NCBI GenBank assembly: GCA_949480205.1
Contig: CASXXK010000002.1
Span: forward strand, 1,017-65,016
Origin: an uncultured Candidatus Saccharibacteria bacterium
GTDB lineage: Bacteria > Patescibacteriota > Saccharimonadia > Saccharimonadales > Saccharimonadaceae
Length of the DNA stretch: 64,000 bases
Direction of reading: 5' to 3'
The notes beneath the pieces are model-generated. The model searched no databases, was not told where the DNA came from, and was given only the letters and a program-made list of their open reading frames with translations. Positions 11,236-20,215 of this stretch are shown here, in pieces (the stretch's first letter is position 1; each line of letters begins with the position of its first letter). A program made the position numbers and the translations under genes.

Positions 11236-12264
11236 TTAGATAATTCCCCCTTGAACCGCCAAGAACACACCAACCAAGGCAAAAACCCCTGCAATCACCC
11301 AAAACCGCATCACAATCTTAGCCTCACCCCAACCTTTAGCTTCTAGATGATGGTGAATCGGCGCCGAAATTAATAATTTCTTATGAAACACTTTCTTCCA
11401 AAAAATCTGTATCAAGCTCGAACCCGCCTCTACAACAAATAGAAACCCAATAATCGGCAATAAGAAAAACGCATTTGTCATCATAGCCACCACACCAAGT
11501 CCCGCACCAATTGCAAACGACCCCACATCCCCCATCATAAACCTCGCTGGTGGCACATTGAACCAGATATATGATAGCAGCCAACCAACCACCGTCAAGC
11601 AAAAGCCAGTCAACATCCAATTCCCTTGAAAAAGCGCAATCACAGCATAAGCTCCATAAGCCAACATCGCCAGACCACCCGCCAAACCGTCTAATCCATC
11701 CGAAATATTTACCGCATTCGACGTTGCTACCACAGCAAACGTAAAAATCACAATCATCCCCACTACACCCACTTCAATGTCACCCATAAACGGCACCATA
11801 ATGTCCGTCCAACCCAACTTCACCGCAAACCACCAGCCCAAAACTGCACCAATCGCAGTAATCATCGCAAACTTCACTGGCGCGCGCAAACCAGCTGCTC
11901 CCTTCCCGCTACCAAAGACGTTAATCAAATCATCAATCAACCCCACAATACTGCCACCCACAAACCCTGCCAAAGGTAGCCAAGTCTGCTCACGATTAAG
12001 ATTACAAATCCAGGTTACGATTAATACCGTTATTACACCAATAATCCCTGCCATGGTCGGAAAATGCCGCGCCATTTTCTTGGCATGCAACTTCGTCATC
12101 ACCGGCAAAGCCTCACCGGTCACTGTAGTCTTTTTTTGTTTTTTCCAAAACTTATATTTATAGGCAAAATAGGTGTAAATCGGTGTCAAAAAAGTCGCCA
12201 AAAAGAAGGCCGCCAAAGCCAATATCAAGCCATAAAATGCTTCGTTATTTAGAGTATCAGCCAT
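11236..12264 (-). CDS. mraY: Phospho-N-acetylmuramoyl-pentapeptide transferase
   Basis: PTMAG, GLIDD, NAVNISDGLDGL, FMMGDVGS, APIHHH. Confidence 0.96.
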   Translation of the reverse strand: MADTLNNEAFYGLILALAAFFLATFLTPIYTYFAYKYKFWKKQKKTTVTGEALPVMTKLHAKKMARHFPTMAGIIGVITVLIVTWICNLNREQTWLPLAGFVGGSIVGLIDDLINVFGSGKGAAGLRAPVKFAMITAIGAVLGWWFAVKLGWTDIMVPFMGDIEVGVVGMIVIFTFAVVATSNAVNISDGLDGLAGGLAMLAYGAYAVIALFQGNWMLTGFCLTVVGWLLSYIWFNVPPARFMMGDVGSFAIGAGLGVVAMMTNAFFLLPIIGFLFVVEAGSSLIQIFWKKVFHKKLLISAPIHHHLEAKGWGEAKIVMRFWVIAGVFALVGVFLAVQGGII

Positions 12265-12289
12265 ATACCACCATTATAACACAATCTCC

Positions 12290-12512
12290 CCATGTCTAAT
12301 ACAGTACTAAGGCAGCGGAGGGAGAAAGCGAACCAACGTTCGCTGGGACCATATGATGGGTTGACGCCTGAAGCACCAAATGCAAGACTATAACCACTGG
12401 GGACTGCTGTACCATCGCTGCGAGTAGATGTACCTCGTGACGGCCACCAATAACCGTTAGCGCCAGCATACCAAGCTTTGCCGTCGTAGAGACTAAGACG
12501 TCCGCTGCGCAC
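12290..12512 (-). other. Orphan FISUMP/CLec variable-region cassette A
   Basis: Open frame VRSG...GYWWPS...YSLAF...VNPS...RWFAFSLRCL; no full-length gene upstream. Confidence 0.75.
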
Positions 12513-12567
12513 GAAAATTTTATCGAAATGAGTAATAGTAGGGATTGTCCTACCGAGGATAGCGAAC

Positions 12568-12770
12568 AGAAGAAATGCTTGCATTTCTTCTTGAGTGACG
12601 CAGGTAGCAAGACTTTCACTAAAAAGTCTTGCTACAGCCCCTTGTTTGTGCGAGAATGGGATTAACTAAATGATTAGTTATCGTTCACGCTTGCGGACGA
12701 TAACTTTTTTGTTGCGCCTTTTGACGAAGCTAAATCGAACCATAGGATTCGCTCTAACTTCAAGGCGTAA
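12568..12770. repeat. Cluster of palindromes between the two cassettes
   Basis: agaagaaatgcttgcatttcttct; gtagcaagacttt..aaagtcttgctac; agttatcgt..acgataact; ttgcgcctt..aaggcgtaa. Confidence 0.7.
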
Positions 12771-12903
12771 ACGCCAAAGTAGTACTACCATAGCCAACCT
12801 CCTTTCCCCAGATGCTACTGATATAAATGTCAATTTGCTATTACTCTATCTCCAGCATATAACAAATTTTCTCAAATTAACAAGCATATCCGATAATAAA
12901 GTA

Positions 12904-13111
12904 GTGCGCAGCGGGTATTTTACTCTTGCTCATGTTGAGGGTGTCTTCGGACTTGCTGGCTTCCACGGGTATAACTGGTCGTCTCATAGTTCTTCAACCA
13001 ATACTCACACCTATGCACTAAGTATTAATAATACCGCTATTTACTCATCAGGTGCCAACAACCGTTACTACGGTTTCTCCCTCCGCTGCCTTAGTACTGT
13101 ATTAGACATGG
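12904..13111 (+). other. Orphan FISUMP/CLec variable-region cassette B
   Basis: Open frame VRSG...GYNWSS...YALSI...NNRYYGFSLRCL. Confidence 0.75.
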
Positions 13112-13119
13112 AGAGATCA

Positions 13120-14853
13120 CTACACTCCTGCCGGCTTAACTTTCAAGTAATCCTGCACGTAAGCATTCAGCGCATTAAACACCAGCAATGCTTGCGCCTC
13201 ACCCCCCGCCGTCTTACCATCCTCCCATACGCGTGTCATAATCAAATACTGCGGCAATTCCCCCTCCGTACCACCAAAACCAATGTACGTCGCCACCGTC
13301 TCATCAAACGAATATTCCCCATTCTTAATCACCTGTGCCGTACCAGTCTTACCTCCAATGTGATATCCTGCTTTATCCACACCATTCGTCCGTTGCGCCC
13401 GCCGAGTGTTGTACAGCATCTCTCGCATCGCCGCACTGGTTTCCTGTGTCACTGTCCTCCGCACCACCTTCCGTGGCGTCGTATCTACCACCTCGCCGTC
13501 TTTCAAGACTCCCTTTACGATTGTCGGTGTATAAAACTCTCCTCCATTAATCACAGAAGCAAACGCTGCCGCCACTTGAAGCATCGTCACCTGCATATTT
13601 TGACCAAAAGTCATGTTGGCATAAGTCGAATCTATCCCATAAATGCTTGCATTTGGCTCGTACACAATTCCCGTGGCCTCAAATAACTCAATTCCAGTTG
13701 CTTGCCCCAACCCAAAACGATCATGATAATAATCATATAACCGTTCTCGCCCTTGCGCATTGATATCTGTCTCGCTGCCACCCAGCCAACGCAGCACCTG
13801 CGTCGACCCAGTGTTCAACGACCAATTCAGCGCTGTCTGCATGTTCACCGTACCCAACAAGTCCGTCCGCTGAGTCGAGTTTTTAATTGGCCAATTATCC
13901 ACGTAGGTAACATTTTCATTCACAAAGGTCGACTCGGCCGTCATTACGCCATATTCCATACCTGCTGCAAACGCAAACGTCTTGCAAACACTTGCCGGCT
14001 CGTATGGGTCTTCCACCACATGGTTTACATAATCTGCTGCACTCCTCACATTACCAAAATCCGCCGGATCATATCCTGGCACATTAGCCATTGCTAGAAT
14101 TTCGCCATTATTTGGATTCATCACTAAAGCACTAATATTTTCATAACCAAGCTTCTCGGCTTGTTCTGTCAAAATTTTCTCTACTCCGTGTTGCAAGTTC
14201 CGGTCTACCGTCAACACTACATCGTCACCGTCTTCTGCTGGCACCTTGACATTCTCATCACCAATCGAAAGTGCAACGTTATTTACGTCTTTCACAGTTT
14301 TCAAGATACCATCCTTGCCTGTCAATTTTCCGTTCAACGCACCTTCCACGCCGTATTGACCCACGCCATCAGCATTCACAAAGCCCAGCAACGTGGCAGC
14401 CAAATCCCCCTCAGGATATACTCGTTTAGTACTAGCCTGAAGCCAAACCCCATCAACTTCAGCTTCAGCAATCTGCTCCGCCGCTTTACGCTCCACGTTT
14501 TTCCCCACAATATAGTACCTGAGCGCCCGGTTCGCAAACACATCGTCCCACTCCGCCGTGCGTTTCTCGCCCAAAATTGGTGTCAATTTTTCCTTAGCCT
14601 CCTCCGGATCAGTTAACATCGGATCTACAATTACCGTATAAACCGTCGCGTTCATCACTACCGCCACCGGCTCATCACCATCCATCATATAAATCTCACC
14701 GCGCTCCGCCCGCAAAGTATATTGCATCATCTGTTGCGCTGCCGCCCGTTCTACCCAATAGTCGTGTTGCACGATCTGAATAAAAAACAACCGCGCCACG
14801 ATCACTGCCATCACAGCCAATACGCCAAACTTGAGGAATTTATTCCTGCTCAT
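13120..14853 (-). CDS. ftsI: Class B penicillin-binding protein (FtsI/PBP3)
   Basis: RGEIY, RVYP, GQYGVE, SxxK (SVCK), SLN, KTGTAQ; dcw context. Confidence 0.92.
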   Translation of the reverse strand: MSRNKFLKFGVLAVMAVIVARLFFIQIVQHDYWVERAAAQQMMQYTLRAERGEIYMMDGDEPVAVVMNATVYTVIVDPMLTDPEEAKEKLTPILGEKRTAEWDDVFANRALRYYIVGKNVERKAAEQIAEAEVDGVWLQASTKRVYPEGDLAATLLGFVNADGVGQYGVEGALNGKLTGKDGILKTVKDVNNVALSIGDENVKVPAEDGDDVVLTVDRNLQHGVEKILTEQAEKLGYENISALVMNPNNGEILAMANVPGYDPADFGNVRSAADYVNHVVEDPYEPASVCKTFAFAAGMEYGVMTAESTFVNENVTYVDNWPIKNSTQRTDLLGTVNMQTALNWSLNTGSTQVLRWLGGSETDINAQGRERLYDYYHDRFGLGQATGIELFEATGIVYEPNASIYGIDSTYANMTFGQNMQVTMLQVAAAFASVINGGEFYTPTIVKGVLKDGEVVDTTPRKVVRRTVTQETSAAMREMLYNTRRAQRTNGVDKAGYHIGGKTGTAQVIKNGEYSFDETVATYIGFGGTEGELPQYLIMTRVWEDGKTAGGEAQALLVFNALNAYVQDYLKVKPAGV

Positions 14854-14872
14854 GGCTATATTCTAACACATC

Positions 14873-14901
14873 TTGACAAAATAAACTACTTGTGCTAAAC
14901 T
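14873..14901 (+). promoter_or_regulatory. sigma70 promoter
   Basis: TTGACA-17-TAAACT with an extended TG. Confidence 0.6.
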
Positions 14902-15071
14902 AGAATCAACCCACATCTCATGGGATGGTTTTTGAGTACAAAAAACTACTACTTCTTCCTACCATATTGTCATTTTCATTTAATTATTTCTTCCCTCCTG
15001 TCCATTCGGGGGGGGGGTACAATGATTGTAGAGATTCTATCTATCAAAAAATAATCTAGGGGGTAAAAATC

Positions 15072-15425
15072 ATGAGACGAATCTTGAACTTCATTATTAC
15101 TGGTTTTATTCTATGGATAGCTTCCAATTTCTTTCAACCTTATGTCCAAATTGACAGCCTTGGCACGCTCATTTTGGCAACATTTCTCATTTGGATAATT
15201 GAAGCCATCATCGTTGGTATCTGTCTACTCCTACTCGCTGTTGCGGCTGCTACGGAGAGTTGGCTCCTCATCATCGTCTGCTTGGGGATTGCGCTCTTTA
15301 TTGATATTATCGCTTTTAGCATACTCAGTGCAAAGCTGCCCGGATTCGCAGTCAATGGCTTCTGGACCAAAGCCGTCCTTTCATTATGCTGCTCCGTATT
15401 AACCATTAGCAAACCCAAAAAATAA
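15072..15425 (+). CDS. Four-TM phage-holin family 4 / YvlD-like membrane protein
   Basis: Hydrophobic pattern plus ..LPGFAVNGFWTKAVLSL motif; own promoter and a downstream hairpin at 15439-15465. Confidence 0.7.
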   Translation: MRRILNFIITGFILWIASNFFQPYVQIDSLGTLILATFLIWIIEAIIVGICLLLLAVAAATESWLLIIVCLGIALFIDIIAFSILSAKLPGFAVNGFWTKAVLSLCCSVLTISKPKK

Positions 15426-15481
15426 AACCATCAAAAACGGCCTCATCAATAAACAAGATGGGGCCACGTTTTCCTTCTAAC

Positions 15482-15835
15482 CTATTCTGTCACAAACCCA
15501 CTATTGCTTGCGGTTTCCATATTATTTGCCACTTCACTGTTTTCCGTAGCCGCAATTGAAGTCAAACGCGCCTTTTCCACAGCCAGATCCTCTTTGCGTG
15601 CTTCAAGCTCAGCAATTTCATCATCAATCGCCGAAAGTTCGTAGTCATAGTTCGTGGCTTGTGTTCCCTGCGCCACATAAATCAAACCTACGATCAAAAC
15701 CAACATCCCCACAATCATCGTATTCGAAATCGTACCAAGCGATTTCGACTTATGTCGCACTGTATTCTGGTTCCGCGACCAACTCGTCGACATCGTCGTT
15801 CCACGCCTTGTCGTATAAGTTGCTTGTGGTCTCAT
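15482..15835 (-). CDS. ftsL: FtsL-like cell division protein
   Basis: Lies between rsmH and ftsI; one TM followed by a coiled coil; SD GAGG before ATG 15835. Confidence 0.65.
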   Translation of the reverse strand: MRPQATYTTRRGTTMSTSWSRNQNTVRHKSKSLGTISNTMIVGMLVLIVGLIYVAQGTQATNYDYELSAIDDEIAELEARKEDLAVEKARLTSIAATENSEVANNMETASNSGFVTE

Positions 15836-16057
15836 TAGTTTATTTCCTCGCTGTTTTTGTTTAATAATTAATAAAAATTTCAATCTTAGACCGGAGAGGA
15901 GCGCTAGCTAGAGCTATAAGTAGCTAAACGACTCTCCGGGAAGGTCATGTATATTGGGTAAACACTTCACACTCTTGGTTAACTCTAACCATTTTGGTGA
16001 GCCTTGCGGCCCATAACGGGCTTCAAAAATCTTCCAAACTCCGCCCGAAAGTTTTGC

Positions 16058-16208
16058 TTAAACCGCGGGGTCGTCTACTCGTTGCGCTTTTCGGAATATC
16101 AACAGGGTTGAAGTCCAGAGATATGCTATAAGTCCGTAGGACAGCATATCGAAGACTTCACCCGCCATTCCGAACAAGCGCACGGGCAGACTTGCCTACC
16201 GTTTTAGC
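16058..16208. repeat. Long palindromic element, homologous to the priA insert
   Basis: Nested inverted repeats around gtccGTAggac; 52/64 nt identical to 59565-59628. Confidence 0.85.
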
Positions 16209-16272
16209 GGAAGTGAACTTGCACTTTTTGCGCGCGAGAACGATTGCTGGTTACAATGATTTGACGTGGCAT
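16204..16272 (-). CDS. 22-aa small ORF MPRQIIVTSNRSRAQKVQVHFR
   Basis: Strong SD AAGGAGG 7 nt before the ATG, directly downstream of rsmH. Confidence 0.5.
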   Translation of the reverse strand: MPRQIIVTSNRSRAQKVQVHFR

Positions 16273-16410
16273 ATTTTTGCCTCCTTTTTATATTTTGTTT
16301 TTATTTTTACCAATACCAAAAACTCAGATAGCAAAATTTCGCTTTCACTCTTACCTCGCGGAATCTCGCTCGCTTCCCTGCTTCAGCCGACAGAAATCTA
16401 GCTCCACACT

Positions 16411-17286
16411 CTACTTCTTTTTGGCTGCGCGCAGTTTAGCGCTCCTCGCTCTTGGGTTGATAAACAACTCCTCATTTTCCGCAGTTATTGGTTTCTTGGT
16501 CAACACTTCTAGCGGCGATTCCTCGCCCAGGCTACTTTCAGCCTTCAGAAAATCTTTTACCAATCGGTCTTCTAGACTATGAAATGTAATCATGGCCACT
16601 CTGCCACCCGGTCGCAAAAGCTTCGGGATCAACGGCAAAGTCCGCTCAATCTCACCTAGTTCATCATTCACGGCAATCCGAATCGCCTGGAATGTTCGCG
16701 TTGCGGGATGCACTCGGCCTCCTCGGCCAAATTTTGCCAAAGTTTCACCCAACTGCTTGGTCGAAGTCCATGGTCTCCCATGCACAATCGTCCGCGCAAT
16801 CAACTTCGCAAATCCTGGTTTTTCCTCGCCATATCGTTCTAGTATGTCTACAATTTCGCTTTCTCGCCATTTATTCACTATCACACTAGCATTCAAATCC
16901 TGCGTTTGGTCCATTCTCATGTCCAACGGACCATCTTTGGCAAAGGAAAATCCCCGCTCCGCCCTGTCTAGCTGCGGAGAAGAAACTCCAAAATCCATTA
17001 ATATCATATCGAAACAGTTTCCACACTCAATTTCCTGTAGCACCGCACTATAAAAATCTTGATGTCGCAACTTCACAGGAGAATTCGCAAACTTCCCCTG
17101 CAATACTTTGATTGCATTTTCATCTCGATCCACCAGGACCGTATCTTTATAATTCTGTGTTACATCCAAAATTCTACTCGCATGTCCTGCGTACCCCGCC
17201 GTGAGATCCATATATGATTCCCCGGGCTTCGGTTGCAAAACCTCAAGCACTTCCGATAATAATACAGGTTGATGAAGTTCTTCCAT
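16411..17286 (-). CDS. rsmH: 16S rRNA m4C1402 methyltransferase
   Basis: HQPVLL, DFGVSSPQLD, PLDMRMD, FQAIRIAVNDE, FHSLEDR, NPRARSAKLR. Confidence 0.96.
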   Translation of the reverse strand: MEELHQPVLLSEVLEVLQPKPGESYMDLTAGYAGHASRILDVTQNYKDTVLVDRDENAIKVLQGKFANSPVKLRHQDFYSAVLQEIECGNCFDMILMDFGVSSPQLDRAERGFSFAKDGPLDMRMDQTQDLNASVIVNKWRESEIVDILERYGEEKPGFAKLIARTIVHGRPWTSTKQLGETLAKFGRGGRVHPATRTFQAIRIAVNDELGEIERTLPLIPKLLRPGGRVAMITFHSLEDRLVKDFLKAESSLGEESPLEVLTKKPITAENEELFINPRARSAKLRAAKKK

Positions 17287-17783
17287 GTGTATATTATACA
17301 CTCTTTGTTTGAGACCGTTCAACTAGAAATTTCCGCGTTTTTGTCTTTGCGTAAAATTTTTGTTTGTTAGTTACACTGTTATCTACCACAAACGCTGTAC
17401 CGAAGTACACCATATCTGTGGCCGTTGAGAGACTTAAAGTGTAAAAGTGGGTTGACCAACATCAAAGATGAAAGTCATAGAGTTAATTGGGAGGTGTTTG
17501 TTTGGAAGTGCATATTGGATTCGGTGTCGCGTATCCCAAACGCGCGCAAAAACTCCTAGTTGGTCGATCTCAAACGCTGTTAAATTACTATTTTATTTGT
17601 GGCAATCCCTCGCTCACATTGCATTTTCTACTTTTAATTATGTTTATCTTTGTAGTTTTTTGCTGTGTTTGTGTGGGTGTTCGTCCACTGATTTAAGTTT
17701 ACCCGACTTTTTTAAAAAACGCAAGCGGTTTTTCGCAAGATTTTTTAGGCAAAACCACTTTTTGGCTTTGATTCCCTGTTCTT

Positions 17784-17830
17784 TTTTCCACAATGTGGAA
17801 AAGTCAACTATTTTCGCTGAGTTTTCCACA
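17784..17830. promoter_or_regulatory. Three DnaA-box-like 9-mers
   Basis: TTTTCCACA at 17784 and 17822, TGTGGAAAA at 17794 (1 mismatch to TTATCCACA). Confidence 0.45.
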
Positions 17831-17846
17831 GTCCAGAAAAAAATTC

Positions 17847-17868
17847 GGGAGCCGCGACAACGGCTCCC
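17847..17868 (-). terminator. Intrinsic terminator
   Basis: gggagccg-cgacaa-cggctccc followed by a T-run on the minus strand. Confidence 0.7.
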
Positions 17869-17877
17869 TTCATCAAA

Positions 17878-18681
17878 TTACTCAAAATCATCCTCCGGAT
17901 TACGCTTTGTCCCGTAACGCTCCATTCCCCGCGGCTCCAGCCTGATGCTCTGCGATGCTTTCTGGCGATTTTTCAGCCCGTTCTCGTCGACACCAAAAGT
18001 CTTCACCAGCGACCTCGGCAGAATCCGCAAATACAGCGGTAAGTTCCGCGGTCTGGGTTCGGCCAATCTGCCGCCATTGCTTTTGAAGGATATATATAAA
18101 ACCATCCACAACAAAAGCATTACAACAAACGGCACGAGGACTACGCTCCCAAACAATGCGCCAATCATTATGCTGATAGTTAGCGTGTTCAGCGTCAGTC
18201 GACTAGCGGCATCAGGAAACAATCCCGTAAATCCGGCCTGCTGTTTTTTCGCTCCGGGTTTTCCATCTTCCTCGATGGACTTTTTCCAAAGCATCCTTTC
18301 GATGATTGTAGCGGCTATGAACCCTATCAGACTGATTATAGTCCGAATCAGCCACTGGATATACCTTTCGGCTGTCGAGTACCGCCAGTAGCGCTCACTA
18401 ATCCTGAAAACACTGGCTACTCCAGTATAAAGCACCTCAACCGGACCCCATATCTCCCTCTGGAGATATGTTTTCAAGCCCTTCTGCCTCGCAGACTGAT
18501 CAGAACTGTCATTGGCGGTTGTCTGAGGGATATCCGCCAAACCAAGATTCTGGCTCGCCTCAATCTCACCGGCAACCCGTACTTCTCTTACCATGAAAAT
18601 GCTTGTGACAAACACCAAACACAAAGCCACCATCGTTGCCATCATGAAAGATCTCCAAAACTTAACTTTTGTCATTTTCAT
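17878..18681 (-). CDS. Hypothetical membrane protein (accessory)
   Basis: Several TM segments; SD AGGAGG before ATG 18681. Confidence 0.7.
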   Translation of the reverse strand: MKMTKVKFWRSFMMATMVALCLVFVTSIFMVREVRVAGEIEASQNLGLADIPQTTANDSSDQSARQKGLKTYLQREIWGPVEVLYTGVASVFRISERYWRYSTAERYIQWLIRTIISLIGFIAATIIERMLWKKSIEEDGKPGAKKQQAGFTGLFPDAASRLTLNTLTISIMIGALFGSVVLVPFVVMLLLWMVLYISFKSNGGRLAEPRPRNLPLYLRILPRSLVKTFGVDENGLKNRQKASQSIRLEPRGMERYGTKRNPEDDFE

Positions 18682-18848
18682 CTCCTCCTTTTTTCCTTCT
18701 CTTTCTCTTGACAAAAGAACACAAAAGCACGCTTAATTTGAGTATTTTATTAAGGTGCTTTGGGGCCTGCAAAATTTGCCCCACTCTCAGTTATTGACGA
18801 GATAATCTAGTTGCAGTATGTCGCTTTTAGTTACCTAGTCATACTTCC

Positions 18849-18877
18849 ATTGTAGCACACTTTATCAAAAAAGTCAA
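18849..18877 (-). promoter_or_regulatory. Accessory-type strong sigma70 promoter
   Basis: TTGACTtttttgataaagtgtgcTACAAT; 18841-18878 is 36/38 identical to 46801-46838. Confidence 0.8.
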
Positions 18878-18931
18878 TGGTAATACCATTAAAAAGTTAT
18901 GCTATAATAGAACAAAATAAGCGAGGTAATT

Positions 18932-19966
18932 ATGGATTCATCCGAACAGCCAGAGGCAGCTTCCCCTGCCACCACAGCAACAACAAACGCAAGCAACACT
19001 TTTGACGTTTTTCACTGGGCTAACGAAATCGACGAAATCAAAAACAACGTCTCGGTTGAGCTTTTCCTCTTCAACAAAAACTACACGCCTTATCGTGTAC
19101 GCTATTCCGAGAGTCTCACTAATAGCGTCAAGGCACTCTTCATGCAAGAGGCTACCGGTTATATTATCAAAGAAGCCGACAAAGGCCTAGAATGTCGCGA
19201 ATACGAGAAATCCGACGGCGAAGACAAAGTAATTTATCGTACCAATCTAAGCAATGTCGGCCGCGCTGAGACCCTCATTCATTTAATTGAACATGAGTAC
19301 CGCGACATCGATTCTATGAGTGATCACCTTGATGAATTCAAAAAAATCAAGGGTATCATTGCTCGCTTCACCTACCCCGGAGCTGAAGGTGGCAGCAAGA
19401 CATTCTACATCGCCAAAGGCATCTCGGCCAGTGCCGCACTCAAGGGCGGATCATCCTGGGAACTCAACGGCGAAGGTTTTGAACCTTTCTCTGCTGAAGT
19501 TGCACTCAAAGTCCCTGACGACAACCAAGTTGCCATCGTCGAAGACACCGTTATCATCTTCAATCAAACCAAATTCGAAAATCTCTTCCAGTATGACTAC
19601 AAATCCCAAGTCATCGCCGACACTAAGGCTAAAGAGCTCACCGACAAATACAAACTCTCCTTTGCTGAAGGTCTAACTTTGAACGGGTTGCTGCAGGATA
19701 AGAAACCACTAGTGAAGAAATTGCAATCACTTGATATCGCCGAGGAGATGCCCCAAGATAAATTAATCGACTATGCCGACGACATGCAGCTTGAGCTGAT
19801 GACTGATGACGATGGTTCTATCATCATCATGGACGACAAAGACCTCACTATGTTTGTCAATCTGCTGGCCGAAGATTATTATATCTCCCCAGTGAACGGG
19901 CGACGCTACGAGATTAAATCCAAGAAACTCCTGTCTGAACCAGAAGGCGAACCTCCACGAGGATAG
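18932..19966 (+). CDS. DUF4868 / Kiwa KwaB-like protein
   Basis: Recalled family motifs IFNQTKFENLFQY and FVNLLAEDYYISPVNGRRYEIKSKK. Confidence 0.65.
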   Translation: MDSSEQPEAASPATTATTNASNTFDVFHWANEIDEIKNNVSVELFLFNKNYTPYRVRYSESLTNSVKALFMQEATGYIIKEADKGLECREYEKSDGEDKVIYRTNLSNVGRAETLIHLIEHEYRDIDSMSDHLDEFKKIKGIIARFTYPGAEGGSKTFYIAKGISASAALKGGSSWELNGEGFEPFSAEVALKVPDDNQVAIVEDTVIIFNQTKFENLFQYDYKSQVIADTKAKELTDKYKLSFAEGLTLNGLLQDKKPLVKKLQSLDIAEEMPQDKLIDYADDMQLELMTDDDGSIIIMDDKDLTMFVNLLAEDYYISPVNGRRYEIKSKKLLSEPEGEPPRG

Positions 19967-19992
19967 TAGGCCTCCAAAACTATTGGCAGTTC

Positions 19993-20157
19993 TGGTTGCG
20001 AGATGTTTTCAGACCCGACTTCCTCGCGTCCGATTCTAAAGCCAGAATCTCCGGCTCTGCCGTCGCAAAAGTTCCGCGAGCCTTCGCGCTGACTTTTGCT
20101 AGATTCTGGCTTTTTCATCGGGCTCGTCGCTATGGGTCTGGAAACATCTCACAACCA
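19993..20157. repeat. Long palindromic element
   Basis: gagatgttttcagaccc / gggtctggaaacatctc outer arms; aaagccagaatct / agattctggcttt inner arms. Confidence 0.85.
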
Positions 20158-20215
20158 CAATGGGCATTCGTTTGTATTGGTTTTTTCTACACTATTTACA
20201 AAAGCGCAGGACGGC

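Larger units (their letters stand above)
12290..13111. repeat. 38-bp perfect inverted repeat (12290-12327 / 13074-13111)
   Basis: tttctccctccgctgccttagtactgtattagacatgg on both strands; extends to 44 bp with 1 mismatch. Confidence 0.95.

Noticed and set aside
12284-13117. Complete DGR or R64-type shufflon
   Set aside because: No RT, Avd or recombinase is in the window. The two copies differ in length and at non-A positions, so they are not a simple TR/VR pair. The long repeats are at the cassette 3' ends, so inversion would not fuse them to a constant N-terminus.
12670-13686. 338-aa plus-strand ORF as a real gene
   Set aside because: Its last ~190 codons are antisense to ftsI and its N-terminus is translated hairpin sequence; only 12904-13111 is family-like.
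15072-15425. Prophage inferred from the holin-like gene
   Set aside because: It is an isolated YvlD-type membrane gene; there is no lysin, structural or integrase gene nearby.
15885-16280. tmRNA, RNase P or SRP RNA
   Set aside because: No tRNA-like ends or Ala-Ala tag, no GAGGAAAGUCC, and no SRP domain IV consensus.
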